A stretch of 20,078 bases of DNA. Origin: a virus. Made by a program: the position numbers and the translations under genes. This document shows, piece after piece, positions 1-9,158 of the stretch. Position 1 is the first letter of the stretch. The number at the start of each line of letters is the position of its first letter. Below the pieces are notes generated by a model. It made no database searches. It was not told the origin of the DNA and was given only the letters and a program-made list of their open reading frames with translations. The stretch lies in UHGV virus genome UHGV-1836283. One strand, given 5' to 3'.

Positions 1-1
1 C

Positions 2-133
2 CCGCGGCAGGGATTCCCGCGTGTCAAATTTCGTCATCAGACGCGGTTCCTTGACTTCGCGGATCTGGTCAGCGGTAATGTAAAACCTCCCATGTTTCTC
101 AATTTCCCGCTCAATCCGGTATTTATCAAATAA
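2..133 (+). CDS. Unassigned partial ORF (C-terminal 43 codons, enters from left edge, TAA at 131-133), convergent with tfa; a mutually exclusive minus-strand ORF starting at ATG 37 is equally possible
   Basis: Open frame 2 from window start to TAA 131-133, followed 35 nt later by a terminator hairpin. Product not recognised. Confidence 0.3.
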   Translation, partial: PRQGFPRVKFRHQTRFLDFADLVSGNVKPPMFLNFPLNPVFIK

Positions 134-168
134 AATTCTCCCAAAGAATAACGTGCAAGCAGCAAAAT

Positions 169-186
169 ACGCCCCATAAGGGGCGT
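169..186. terminator. Bidirectional rho-independent terminator-like hairpin just downstream of tfa
   Basis: Perfect 7-bp GC-rich stem ACGCCCC/GGGGCGT with 4-nt loop. A-run before and T-rich run after on the plus strand; on the minus strand the stem is followed by UAUUUUG, 5 nt after the tfa stop. Confidence 0.6.
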
Positions 187-190
187 TTAT

Positions 191-790
191 TTATATGAAT
201 GGTTTTTTAGGCCAGATGATATTGTGAGCTTTCTGGGTATCTACTGCCTGAACAGCTTTGATATAGTTCACCCAAGATATTAGTTTTTCTTTATCTTCGT
301 CGCTGATAATTCCCAGCTGTAATTCAGTCTGCCAAAGAATGATCTTTTCCTTTGCGAACAGAAGCTGCACAGATTTCTGTTGCTCTGCCGCTTCCACTTC
401 CGCTACGTGCTGAGCATTGATATCCGTCACCCATTTTTCACCATCCCATTTATCGTATGGCGTTAACGGGGCGATAGTGGTTGTATTTTCAGGATAATCA
501 CCCGGAGCTGTGATTTCTTTCGATTCTCCCGTTTCGGTGTTATAGACGATTTCACCGCGATGGTCTGACACATATTCCCATGATTTTAAATCCACAGAAC
601 GGCAAATTGTATAACCAGCCTTAGATGTACCAGGAGCGTCTAAACAGGAATATGCTGGAATACCGACACCCACTGCAAGATATTCAGTTGATGCAGAAAT
701 ATATTCCCGCGTCTCACCATCATAGTTATAAACAGTAATATTCCCCGCCTTCGTGGCAATAAGCTCGCTATTTAATACGGCGTTATCCAT
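191..790 (-). CDS. Tail fibre assembly protein (Tfa family, Mu U-like)
   Basis: 199 aa; C-terminal pattern (…WQTELQLGIISDEDKEKLISWVNYIKAVQAVD…IIWPKKP) typical of Tfa chaperones; start overlaps the fibre stop (TAATG); position directly after the fibre gene. Confidence 0.8.
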   Translation of the reverse strand: MDNAVLNSELIATKAGNITVYNYDGETREYISASTEYLAVGVGIPAYSCLDAPGTSKAGYTICRSVDLKSWEYVSDHRGEIVYNTETGESKEITAPGDYPENTTTIAPLTPYDKWDGEKWVTDINAQHVAEVEAAEQQKSVQLLFAKEKIILWQTELQLGIISDEDKEKLISWVNYIKAVQAVDTQKAHNIIWPKKPFI

Positions 791-1494
791 TATGCAGCCC
801 TCACGATATAGTTAAATGCAATATTTCGTGGACGGGTTTCGCTCCCGCCATATGATGATGTAAATCCCGAATATGCCCGGTGTCCCGCATCCGTCGTATT
901 AGCCCAGGAAGGACCGCTAGAAGTATAGATGGCCCCATTGTAATCATGGCCGTGTGCCTCAATGCTCCCGTCCTGAGCAGACAGGAGAGTCCGTCCTGAA
1001 TCAATTCCTCTTCCATCATCCCACCCACGAATGAATTCGCCGCGTAAATCTGGCAATTTATTTGTCGGATAAACTTTTGCCAGTTCCGGATACTCTTCGG
1101 CAGAAAAAGCTGCACCGTTGCATTTCAGCCAGCCTGTTGGCGGTGTGACTGAAGGCCACGGAACAGGTACGCCAACAGGCAATGCTGAGCCTTCTCCTAA
1201 ACTAAGGTTTTCGAGAGCCGTTTGCACAGTGCCATCCGATTTGATATCGCCAAACGGATTCTTGCGGCTTAACAGCAGCGCACGAAGTGCGGTAAGCATC
1301 TGGTCATGCCGCCCTTTCTCCAGGCTGGCACCGGAGGCCTCCACCACGCTACAAAGTTCTTCCTGCAACATGTCAAAGTAGTCATCATCCAGATCGGTGG
1401 CAGGTGTGCCGGTCTGGGGGTTACCACGGGTAAAACCGTTCTTACCCGCGCCGAACTTATCCTTCTGCGCGGTTTTCGTGTCTATACGATGCAT
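790..1494 (-). CDS. Tail fibre protein with C-terminal phage tail-collar domain
   Basis: 234 aa; N-terminus [21 protein letters not shown]… as in Mu-type prophage fibres; C-terminal motifs [25 protein letters not shown]…[17 protein letters not shown]…HGH match the tail-collar fold. Confidence 0.8.
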   Translation of the reverse strand: MHRIDTKTAQKDKFGAGKNGFTRGNPQTGTPATDLDDDYFDMLQEELCSVVEASGASLEKGRHDQMLTALRALLLSRKNPFGDIKSDGTVQTALENLSLGEGSALPVGVPVPWPSVTPPTGWLKCNGAAFSAEEYPELAKVYPTNKLPDLRGEFIRGWDDGRGIDSGRTLLSAQDGSIEAHGHDYNGAIYTSSGPSWANTTDAGHRAYSGFTSSYGGSETRPRNIAFNYIVRAA

Positions 1495-1497
1495 GGA

Positions 1498-2082
1498 TTA
1501 CTCCGGATATTTAAAAATTACGTAGGTATGCGAAGGGCAGAGTTTGTTAAGCACGCACTCGACAACGGTGTCGCCCCAGATACGCAGTGCGGAATCACAG
1601 GGATCGCCACATGTCATCCAGGTGGTGTTGGTGGCGGCTGGCATGTTGACCTGCCAGTAATACCGCCATTCCGGCGCATTCACTGCGTCAGTACAGGCCG
1701 ATGAGCAGGTGAACGTGCTTTTATCGTATCGCGTGATAGTGGCGTCTGGTCTGCCCAGGGCAGCAAGCTGTGCAAGGTAAAAATCCTCATTGATGCCGCC
1801 CGCCAGATTAACCTTCGCATCCAGCCGTTGCTGACGCTGGCGAAGGGTCTGTGTCCCTGCGGGAATACATTCATCCGGCAGACCGCACAGACGCTCCCAG
1901 CGGTTTATCAGTTCAGTGGTGGTGCGCGGATCCAGCTCCCGCATCAGGGCATCCGCACGCTGATGAACGCGGGTTAATGAAGGTGCCGCACCGGCAATCG
2001 CCGGATCGCTGGCTGACCATGCAGGACCGGGCGGCAACAGTGCCGATAACAGGCGGATGTAATCATCGTTTGTCACGTCCAT
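1498..2082 (-). CDS. Mu gp48-like tail/baseplate protein (DUF2313, YmfQ-like)
   Basis: 194 aa; N-terminus [22 protein letters not shown] characteristic of the family; sits between baseplate J and the tail fibre as in Mu. Confidence 0.75.
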   Translation of the reverse strand: MDVTNDDYIRLLSALLPPGPAWSASDPAIAGAAPSLTRVHQRADALMRELDPRTTTELINRWERLCGLPDECIPAGTQTLRQRQQRLDAKVNLAGGINEDFYLAQLAALGRPDATITRYDKSTFTCSSACTDAVNAPEWRYYWQVNMPAATNTTWMTCGDPCDSALRIWGDTVVECVLNKLCPSHTYVIFKYPE

Positions 2083-3131
2083 GAAATCGTCCCCAGAACC
2101 GCCAGTTCATTTTTTGCAATGGAGATATTGTCTGCCGGTGCAAGCAACTGATGGCTGTATTCCCCGTTCGCACCGGAAATCGCCTCACTGATACGCGATA
2201 CCTTCAGTTCTCCCTGCGGATAACCATCACGCAGCAGGAACGAACGCAACTCCGCGGTGATGGCAGCCCGTATTTCCGGTGTGTCCGGCGTCACGCGGAT
2301 ATGAAAATCCACTTTATGCGCCACCGGCCTGAATACATACAAATCAGAGCCTGCCACCGGGGCCAGTGGCTCAATGTGTTGTCTTGCCGCCGTTTCCGTT
2401 GATTCTTCCGGAATGGGATTAATCAGGTCACTGCTGGCAATCATCACACCGACAGTCCCCGTTCCCATCCAGTGGCGGTATGTCCATGCACGGGTAATGC
2501 CTGACACTTCTTTAGCCCAGACGACATAGTCCCCGTCAGCCCCGCCCTGAGGCGTCCAGTAATACCGCTCAATGACGCGGGCGCGCCACGTTTCCAGCTC
2601 TTCAGTATCAAATCCGCCAGTCAGGGTATCTGCAACACCGGAAGACGGCAGACCATTCACCGGCGTGACCAGGATTAATGCCGTACCGTCGTCAGCGTTA
2701 CCGACCGCGCCTGTAGTTGAGCAAGTGATCGGCACGCGCAGGACACCACCGGAGCTGGTTGCATCGTCAGTTGTCGTGTACTGCACCAGGTCATCGCGCT
2801 GAATAACACTCCCGGCGGTCACCTTCAGGCCATCGCTGACACCTTCCCAGCGCATATACCCGCTGGCAGCCGTGGCCCCCTTGCGCGGACACCGTTTCAT
2901 CGCAGCATGTCGCGCCAGCCAGGACTCATCGCACAGGTCAGGCAGCATGTTCATTGCCAGATAATCGATGTAACCGTAAACCGTATGCAGCGCCGCCGCA
3001 TACACCTTTGCCCGCACGTCTTCATCCATGCGCCGGAGCGTGTCGCTGACGTCCAGCCTGGCGAATAAATCGTTACGGAGCATACTGATATTTTCTGCCA
3101 GCGTCGGGCGCTGAAATTCACTGTCCGCCAT
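2073..3131 (-). CDS. Baseplate J-like protein (Mu gp47-like)
   Basis: 352 aa; size and position in the Mu-type baseplate cluster; 10-nt overlap with the downstream gene. Confidence 0.8.
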   Translation of the reverse strand: MADSEFQRPTLAENISMLRNDLFARLDVSDTLRRMDEDVRAKVYAAALHTVYGYIDYLAMNMLPDLCDESWLARHAAMKRCPRKGATAASGYMRWEGVSDGLKVTAGSVIQRDDLVQYTTTDDATSSGGVLRVPITCSTTGAVGNADDGTALILVTPVNGLPSSGVADTLTGGFDTEELETWRARVIERYYWTPQGGADGDYVVWAKEVSGITRAWTYRHWMGTGTVGVMIASSDLINPIPEESTETAARQHIEPLAPVAGSDLYVFRPVAHKVDFHIRVTPDTPEIRAAITAELRSFLLRDGYPQGELKVSRISEAISGANGEYSHQLLAPADNISIAKNELAVLGTISWT

Positions 3132-3546
3132 GCGTTATCGCACTCCACAGATCATCAAAAGAAATCATTACCGGTCCGTCACGACGCCAGAGAGTGATAC
3201 TGTTACCCAGTTCATTAATCCCGGTGCGGCGGATATCCAGATCAATACGGGACACCACGCCGTCATCAATCATCCATTGCAGGCATTCGCGGATATACCC
3301 CCTTACCGTCTGCACCAGCTGATTGGTCAGTTTGCTGCGCTGAAGCAGCCACAGTCGGGAGCCGTAACGGTCATTCTGTACCGCAGGCCAGGTATCCCCC
3401 CACCATCCCATCGGGACATCGGCGTTGTCATCAGGCTCCGCCCGCCGCCAGGTAAACAGGGAAATCACCACGGCGCGGGTCAGCGGATCCAGCTGTGCGC
3501 TGGCGCAGGTGCGTTTACCGTTCACCGTCAGCCACAGTTCCATCAT
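3118..3546 (-). CDS. Phage GP46-family baseplate protein (Mu gp46-like)
   Basis: 142 aa; recognised family pattern and conserved position between gp45 and gp47 homologues. Confidence 0.75.
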   Translation of the reverse strand: MMELWLTVNGKRTCASAQLDPLTRAVVISLFTWRRAEPDDNADVPMGWWGDTWPAVQNDRYGSRLWLLQRSKLTNQLVQTVRGYIRECLQWMIDDGVVSRIDLDIRRTGINELGNSITLWRRDGPVMISFDDLWSAITHGGQ

Positions 3547-4091
3547 GCCTCCATCGCTTTATCAGGTTTGTCGGTGTTACTGCCCTGACCGTTCTCTCTG
3601 TGACGATGCCCGTTATAGGCAAGCCGCATCGCTGACATGGTGGTACCGCCGGAGTCGCACAGGTCTTTCACCTGTCCGGTCACTTCCAGGTCCATTTCAA
3701 AACGTGCTCTGGGCGCATTGCGAAACGTGATCGTTTTACCTGCACCGTCCACCACGATCCCCTCCCGGGTCAGCGTCACAGACTGCCCCTGATCGTCATA
3801 GACAGCCACCTCACCCGTCTGCAGCCCTTTCAGGCGGTAGCGCCGGTCCGACACCGTAACAACCACCGCATGAGAACGGTCGCCATCCGGAAACAACACC
3901 ACCGCTTCCGCACCGCTGTTTGCCCTTGCGGTAAAACCGTAGGGTTCAAGATGTTCAACCCCGGCTTTGGGTTCACCGGCAATCAGGGACACATCCACGG
4001 TCTGACATTTCGTGGCGGCACTGATGCTTTTCACCACTGCCCGCCCAATCAGGCCGAGGAGTTGTCGCTGCATGGCTTCAATCGTCCTCAT
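3543..4091 (-). CDS. Baseplate assembly protein V / central spike (Mu gp45-like)
   Basis: 182 aa; gpV-like N-terminal region; 4-nt overlap with the next gene. Confidence 0.8.
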   Translation of the reverse strand: MRTIEAMQRQLLGLIGRAVVKSISAATKCQTVDVSLIAGEPKAGVEHLEPYGFTARANSGAEAVVLFPDGDRSHAVVVTVSDRRYRLKGLQTGEVAVYDDQGQSVTLTREGIVVDGAGKTITFRNAPRARFEMDLEVTGQVKDLCDSGGTTMSAMRLAYNGHRHRENGQGSNTDKPDKAMEA

Positions 4092-5170
4092 CAGAACGGG
4101 TCCTCCTGTACTCTGGCTTTTTTCTTTTTCCGCGCGCCGGGGGCTTCGGGTTCAGGCAGATAAGCATCAGGTGGGCCGACACGGATTTCCGTCAGGGTGC
4201 CGTTCTGGTCCTGAGTAAACGTGACTTCCGAAACAAGCAGTTCGGTATTGTCGAAACCACAGACCGGATCAAAGACAATCACCCGCTGGTTGGGCTGCCA
4301 CAGCGTACCGTTACCCTGTCGCCAGCCCTGCACCACATAGGTGGTTTCATCCGTCCGCGCCGCCCGTTGCCGGGCTTCAAAGTCAGCACGCGCAATACAG
4401 CCTGCCCCCGTAGCCTGCCCTGTCTGCCTGATATACATCGGACGGTAACGGGCAATAAATGCGTCCTCTGTGCGGGCCCGCAGCGCGGTGGTGGTGGCCT
4501 CACCGAAATCATCGTCGTTTCCGGCACGCTGCCCCGCCACCTGGTAAACAGAAAACCGCTCCCGGATACTCTTCTCCGTATCGCAGGAAAGGATGTTTTC
4601 CCCGAGTACCAGCGCAGTATGTGCCCGCGTTGAGCCAATACCGCCAATCACCAGCCTGCCGTGCGGGTCGTCGTAAGCCAGTGCCTGCTGCTGACCGAGT
4701 ATTTTGTTGATTACCTCAATCACCGTTTCACCGTGATCAGGCTGAACATCAGGAATAACACCCGACGGCGCACCGCTGTTCACCACCTCAATGCCGAAAG
4801 GCGCAGCAAGCGCCTGCGCAATCTGCACCAGCGAGCGTCCGTTAAACTGTGTCGGTTCGGCTGCACAGTCAATCAGGTCAGCCGTCAGACTACGTCCGGC
4901 AATACCGGTGCTGACCGAACGGGAATCGTAACGAACGGGCGTCGCCTCCACCCAGCCGGTGATCACCAGCTCATCACCAATCAGCACTTCCACTTTTGAA
5001 CCGTTTTTAATGCGCGGCTGAAGCGTGGTGATACCCTCATCTCCCGGCCACTGGCGGGTGATCTCCACACTGAAATCCCGCGCCAGCCGTTCAATACCGG
5101 CACCGATGCGCACCGATGTCCAGCCATTCCACTCCCGGCCATTTACCCGTAGCGTGACATTGTCGTTCAT
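4091..5170 (-). CDS. Baseplate hub protein (Mu gp44 / P, late control D family)
   Basis: 359 aa; MNDNVTLRVNGREW… N-terminus; conserved position; start/stop overlap with neighbours. Confidence 0.8.
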   Translation of the reverse strand: MNDNVTLRVNGREWNGWTSVRIGAGIERLARDFSVEITRQWPGDEGITTLQPRIKNGSKVEVLIGDELVITGWVEATPVRYDSRSVSTGIAGRSLTADLIDCAAEPTQFNGRSLVQIAQALAAPFGIEVVNSGAPSGVIPDVQPDHGETVIEVINKILGQQQALAYDDPHGRLVIGGIGSTRAHTALVLGENILSCDTEKSIRERFSVYQVAGQRAGNDDDFGEATTTALRARTEDAFIARYRPMYIRQTGQATGAGCIARADFEARQRAARTDETTYVVQGWRQGNGTLWQPNQRVIVFDPVCGFDNTELLVSEVTFTQDQNGTLTEIRVGPPDAYLPEPEAPGARKKKKARVQEDPF

Positions 5171-6495
5171 TGCACTGGCACCTTCAGAGGGATCACCGGC
5201 ACAAAGCCGGGATGCGTAATGGCATTACGCCGGATAATGTCCGCGTCACGCGCCGCGTTATCAAACCAGGTCGCCGCCAGCACCAGCGCGGGTAAAACTT
5301 CATCCGGTGTGCGCTGAATGATCCGTGCAGACTGTTCAAGGCGCGTGTTGATATCCGCATTCAGATCTGCTTTCACCCGGCGCAGCGCCAGAAACAGCGC
5401 ATCGCTGGTTGTACGGGACAACTCCTTATCAATTGCCGTATTCAGTGTGTCGCGAATGTCAGTCAGTTCTTCCCACGTCGGCAGGTCAACCGTGTTTTTC
5501 ACCGCCGGTGCATTGTTCAGTGCCGGATGCGTGACGGAAGGCCAGCCAGTGCTCTGCGCGGGTGTTGTTGCCTGCCCCACTGCGGCATTCTGCATCACCG
5601 CGGAAGTTGTTGGCGCAGGCAATCGGGTGACGGCATACGCCGCTTCGCTGATTGCGGTCGTACGAAGGGTGCTGGCAACCACGTTACGCTGCTGCGTCGC
5701 CGTGGCGGTGGTTTTACTGTCCGTTTTCCAGACGCCGCGCGGTTGCAGATCGCTGCCGAGGCTGACACCGGAAAGCGTTTTGATCATGGTGACCAGGTCG
5801 CTGGCGTTACCATAAAGGCGTTTCCCGGTACGCCACATTTTCTGCACCTGCTCAACGAAATTTTTGCCTGACGATGGCGGCGGCAGAAGTACCGAGATAT
5901 CCCCCTGCAACAGCCTGGCGGCATCCGATACGGCAGAATCCACCACTTTCATCGCATCAGAAATATACCCAAGCATTGTGCCGGCATTACCGACGACGTC
6001 GTTCTGCACAAAATCTGCCACGCCATCGATACTGAAACCACTGAAACTGTCACTGATGCAGTCATCCAGTGCAGAACAGGATGACATCAGCGTCTGCGCC
6101 GTCGCCGCACCTGATGTGGGGTAAGAGAGTTCTCCCGCTTCGACAAACTTCAGGTCAAAGCGGACAATACGTCCTTCACTTTTCGATGTGCTGACCCGAA
6201 CTTCCCCGTCAACACAGACTTTCAGCTCACCGTAAGTCGGATGGACAAGCGTGCCGGGACCGGGTTTATTCAGCGCTTCAATCAGGCGATCGCGCTGGTC
6301 AAAGCAGTCATCTCCCACCACATAAGCTGTGATGGACGGGCGGAAAGTGACTTTTCCCAGATCTTCGGTATAGGGTTTGTCGCGGTTCGGATATTCGTGT
6401 GTTTCCACACGACGGCCGGTTCCCGCACTTTCTTCTTCAACCTTAAACGGCACACCTCGAAATGACGCGTCCTGAAGTCTGTCTTTCCACGTCAT
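5167..6495 (-). CDS. DNA circulation protein (Mu gp43 / N-like); start moved to the internal ATG at 6495
   Basis: N-terminus MTWKDRLQDASFRGVPF… from the ATG at 6495 is preceded by GGAG. The ORF-track start at 6537 would make the protein run through a terminator hairpin. Confidence 0.8.
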   Translation of the reverse strand: MTWKDRLQDASFRGVPFKVEEESAGTGRRVETHEYPNRDKPYTEDLGKVTFRPSITAYVVGDDCFDQRDRLIEALNKPGPGTLVHPTYGELKVCVDGEVRVSTSKSEGRIVRFDLKFVEAGELSYPTSGAATAQTLMSSCSALDDCISDSFSGFSIDGVADFVQNDVVGNAGTMLGYISDAMKVVDSAVSDAARLLQGDISVLLPPPSSGKNFVEQVQKMWRTGKRLYGNASDLVTMIKTLSGVSLGSDLQPRGVWKTDSKTTATATQQRNVVASTLRTTAISEAAYAVTRLPAPTTSAVMQNAAVGQATTPAQSTGWPSVTHPALNNAPAVKNTVDLPTWEELTDIRDTLNTAIDKELSRTTSDALFLALRRVKADLNADINTRLEQSARIIQRTPDEVLPALVLAATWFDNAARDADIIRRNAITHPGFVPVIPLKVPVQ

Positions 6496-6510
6496 ATAAA
6501 CTCCGTACAT

Positions 6511-6532
6511 AAAAAATCCCACCGGAGTGGGA
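6511..6532 (-). terminator. Intra-operon rho-independent terminator/attenuator between tape measure and gp43 genes
   Basis: Minus-strand RNA: stem TCCCAC/GTGGGA (loop UCCG, extendable by wobble pairs) followed by UUUUUUAU, 23 nt after the tape-measure stop. Confidence 0.5.
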
Positions 6533-6555
6533 CTCATTAACAGATTAATTTTTCA

Positions 6556-8391
6556 TTACCTGCCAAAGCGCGTATAGCCAACATCATGGCTGACATCAAA
6601 ACCGCTGGATCGCGTTTCCATAACCCGCATACCCGGAGGCGAATTCACAAAAGAGACCTTGATCTCACCATCAACTTTTGGCGCAGAAGCTTTGTTAATC
6701 ATGAAGGGATTTGGGCCTGTGGCACCGGAGGCGTTGTTTGACTGAGCCAGATCTACCGCCGGATAAGGTTTGTATCCCCGCGCCGGTATTCCCGTCCCAT
6801 AAGCATCATAAGCACCCGCGCCCCACTGCGCAGAGTTAATGGCATCGACCGTGTCACCGGAACTGTCGGTAAACCATTCAATAATCGGCTTCAGCTTATC
6901 CCACATATCCTGAAACCACTTAACAACCGGTCCCCAGTTATTGATCACCATCCCCAGCGGCGACCAGGCAAAAACCTTCTTCAGAAGTTCCCAGCCAGCC
7001 TCAAAATAAGGACTAATGGTTTCCCAGAGTTTCTTAAAATAAGGTCCGACAACATCCCAGTTAGTGATAATTAATCCCGCAGCCAGGGCTATCGCCGTCG
7101 CAATCATGCCAATCGGCGTCATCGACATGATCCTGCTGACAATACTGATGGCACCGCCAACGCCCATCAATCCCAGTTTCAGAATCGCAAGACCGGCAGC
7201 AAGCCCGACGACGCCGCGAATAACCCGGGGATTTTCATCCGCAAACTTCGTGAATTTCTCCCCCAACTCCCCCAGCCATTGCGTGATATTTTTGGCGTCA
7301 CCAGAAAATGCGCCGCCAATAGCCGCAAGGCCGTTAGTTGCGGTCCCCGTCATTGCCTCCCACAGGTTGGACAGCGTACCAAGCTGGGCCTGAACACGTT
7401 TATTCAGGCTGGCCTGTTTATTCATCTTCTGCTGGATCTGATCGTAGCCATCCTTTCCTTTATCGATTAGTGCATTGACCACCTGAAGGGTTTCGGCATC
7501 ATCACCAAATATTGCCTTAAGTACACCTGTTCGCTTAACGTCGGTCAGTTTTCGCAGCTTTGCCAGTTGCCTGAACATGTTATCAAGACCGCCAAAACTC
7601 CCTTTGCCGTCAGTAAAATCGAGCTGCACTCCGAGTTTCTGGCGGGCCATGACTTTATTGACGTCCCTGATTTTCTTAACGCTTAATCCGGACTGAATAA
7701 CTTTTCGCAGGGCATTACCTGCCGACTCCCCGTTCATCCCCATCTGATCCATCATGACGCTGATAGGGGCAAGGCTCTGTGCAGCCTGAAGACCGTCCTT
7801 ATTCACCATCTTCAGAACAGAACTGGTTTTAGTGAAGAAGGACAACATGTTGGTATCGTCAACGCCCAGATAAAACGCTTTCTGGATAGTGTCGAACAGC
7901 CCCATCATGTCTTCTGACGCCGTTCCGGTAGCATCCTGCATCTTTGCAGCAAACTCGGCTGCCGATTCCGGTGTTTTTTTCAGTTGTACCGCAAGATAAG
8001 CTGTCGCTTTACCCACACCACCCAGAATGTTTTCTGCTGGGATCCCCTGACGCACCAGCATCTGCATCATGTTCTGGAAATCAGCCGTTGTACCGGGTAG
8101 CTGGTTACCCAGGCCAATAGCCAGTTTATTGATGTCCTGAAAGCTCTTTCCAACCTCGCCGTTCGCATCCATCATGGCGACTTTCAGCCCGGTGGCGGCG
8201 TTTTCCTGATCGGCATAAGATTTCAGGGAAAGCGTCAGACCCGCTGCCAGTCCGCCACCAAGCGCCAGCCCACCCTGTGACGCTTCTTCCGCCTGGCGTT
8301 TAAATCCCCGGATTTTCTTTTGCATTTTCGACAGCGCCGGAGAAAGCCTGTCGACACCGGTGATCAACGCCTTAAGCTCAAATTCAGCCAT
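6556..8391 (-). CDS. Tail tape measure protein (Mu gp42-like)
   Basis: 611 aa; Ala/Gly-rich hydrophobic segments (GVVGLAAGLAILKLGLMGVGGAISIV) typical of tape measure proteins; located right after the chaperone pair. Confidence 0.85.
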   Translation of the reverse strand: MAEFELKALITGVDRLSPALSKMQKKIRGFKRQAEEASQGGLALGGGLAAGLTLSLKSYADQENAATGLKVAMMDANGEVGKSFQDINKLAIGLGNQLPGTTADFQNMMQMLVRQGIPAENILGGVGKATAYLAVQLKKTPESAAEFAAKMQDATGTASEDMMGLFDTIQKAFYLGVDDTNMLSFFTKTSSVLKMVNKDGLQAAQSLAPISVMMDQMGMNGESAGNALRKVIQSGLSVKKIRDVNKVMARQKLGVQLDFTDGKGSFGGLDNMFRQLAKLRKLTDVKRTGVLKAIFGDDAETLQVVNALIDKGKDGYDQIQQKMNKQASLNKRVQAQLGTLSNLWEAMTGTATNGLAAIGGAFSGDAKNITQWLGELGEKFTKFADENPRVIRGVVGLAAGLAILKLGLMGVGGAISIVSRIMSMTPIGMIATAIALAAGLIITNWDVVGPYFKKLWETISPYFEAGWELLKKVFAWSPLGMVINNWGPVVKWFQDMWDKLKPIIEWFTDSSGDTVDAINSAQWGAGAYDAYGTGIPARGYKPYPAVDLAQSNNASGATGPNPFMINKASAPKVDGEIKVSFVNSPPGMRVMETRSSGFDVSHDVGYTRFGR

Positions 8392-8566
8392 GTGTGCGTT
8401 TCTCCTGCTCTATCCTGTTTGCCTGACTGACCAGTAAGGGAATTTCACTGATCGGCATATTCAGCAATTCGAAAGGATTAATGCGCCAGTAACTGGCGCA
8501 GTCAAAGAAGCGATCAGTGAGGTATTCAGCCGTCAGGCCTGGAGGAAAAAACCGGCCACAAGCCAC
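8384..8566 (-). CDS. -1 frame extension of the tail assembly chaperone (gpT-like part of a G/GT-type fusion)
   Basis: 60-codon ORF in the -1 frame relative to 8533..8802, overlapping its 3' end and the tape-measure start by 8 nt; a slippery heptamer lies in the overlap. Confidence 0.6.
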   Translation of the reverse strand: MACGRFFPPGLTAEYLTDRFFDCASYWRINPFELLNMPISEIPLLVSQANRIEQEKRTHG

Positions 8567-8802
8567 GCCGCTGCATTCAGGTCTGCCGGAGACATCTGGT
8601 CGACAGAGCTTTGCGGCACTTTCGCCAGCCGCACGATGTATTTCGATACCACATGCGCCAGAAGTCTGACGGACTCATCCTGATTCATCTGGTAGGGATA
8701 TCCCAGCTCGCGGACATCTTTCCCGGTGGGCTCATCAAACTCCAGTACGGAGAGTGTCTCGCCATGAGCGGTAATCGGTTTCTTTAACTCAAGCTCTTTC
8801 AT
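8533..8802 (-). CDS. Tail assembly chaperone (Mu gp41-like)
   Basis: 89 aa acidic protein between tube and tape-measure genes; start overlaps the tube gene stop. Confidence 0.75.
   Translation of the reverse strand: MKELELKKPITAHGETLSVLEFDEPTGKDVRELGYPYQMNQDESVRLLAHVVSKYIVRLAKVPQSSVDQMSPADLNAAAWLVAGFFLQA
8545..8551 (-). other. Programmed -1 ribosomal frameshift slippery site U UUU UUC
   Basis: Minus-strand TTTTTTC in X XXY YYZ register of the chaperone frame (…GCC GGT TTT TTC…), 10 nt before its stop. A -1 shift gives …VAGFF-PPGLTAEYL…. Confidence 0.6.
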
Positions 8803-9158
8803 TACTGGTAATCCCCTTCTTCACCGTGGAACTCAAGATCAACCGTGCCTTCTTCGGCATTATGGTTCGCTTCGCCGTGCAGCCAGGCAGACGACAGTAC
8901 ATAGACCTGACCGTTCGCCAGCTCGGCAGTGATTGTCATCTCATCAGACGAGGTGATTTTGTTCACCGGAAAATTCTTCGGCACCTTGAAGGTCCCTTTG
9001 ACATAAGGCGCACGGTGAGTTTCCTTGCGGTCCACTGAACCGTCCAGGCCGATGATGTCATCATTGACCGTCCTGTTCATGGGCACCTCAATGCCGCCGG
9101 TCAGCGATAGCTGCTGACCGTCAATTTTGAAATAACAGGTTCCCCCGATACGGGCCAT
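8802..9158 (-). CDS. Tail tube protein (Mu gp40 / M-like)
   Basis: 118 aa; directly downstream of the sheath gene with start/stop overlap. Confidence 0.85.
   Translation of the reverse strand: MARIGGTCYFKIDGQQLSLTGGIEVPMNRTVNDDIIGLDGSVDRKETHRAPYVKGTFKVPKNFPVNKITSSDEMTITAELANGQVYVLSSAWLHGEANHNAEEGTVDLEFHGEEGDYQ

Noticed and set aside
801-1115. 104-aa minus-strand ORF inside the tail fibre gene in another frame
   Set aside because: It is nested within the well-supported fibre CDS, with no independent start signals.
1-1494. Gin/Pin-type invertible tail-fibre switch
   Set aside because: No inverted duplicate of the fibre C-terminus or tfa, and no recombinase ORF, is visible in the window. A terminator directly follows tfa. 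The question remains open left of the window.
8472-8488. Hairpin GCGCCAG-TAA-CTGGCGC as frameshift stimulator
   Set aside because: It lies about 56 nt downstream of the slippery heptamer, too far for a canonical stimulatory structure, and sits inside coding sequence.
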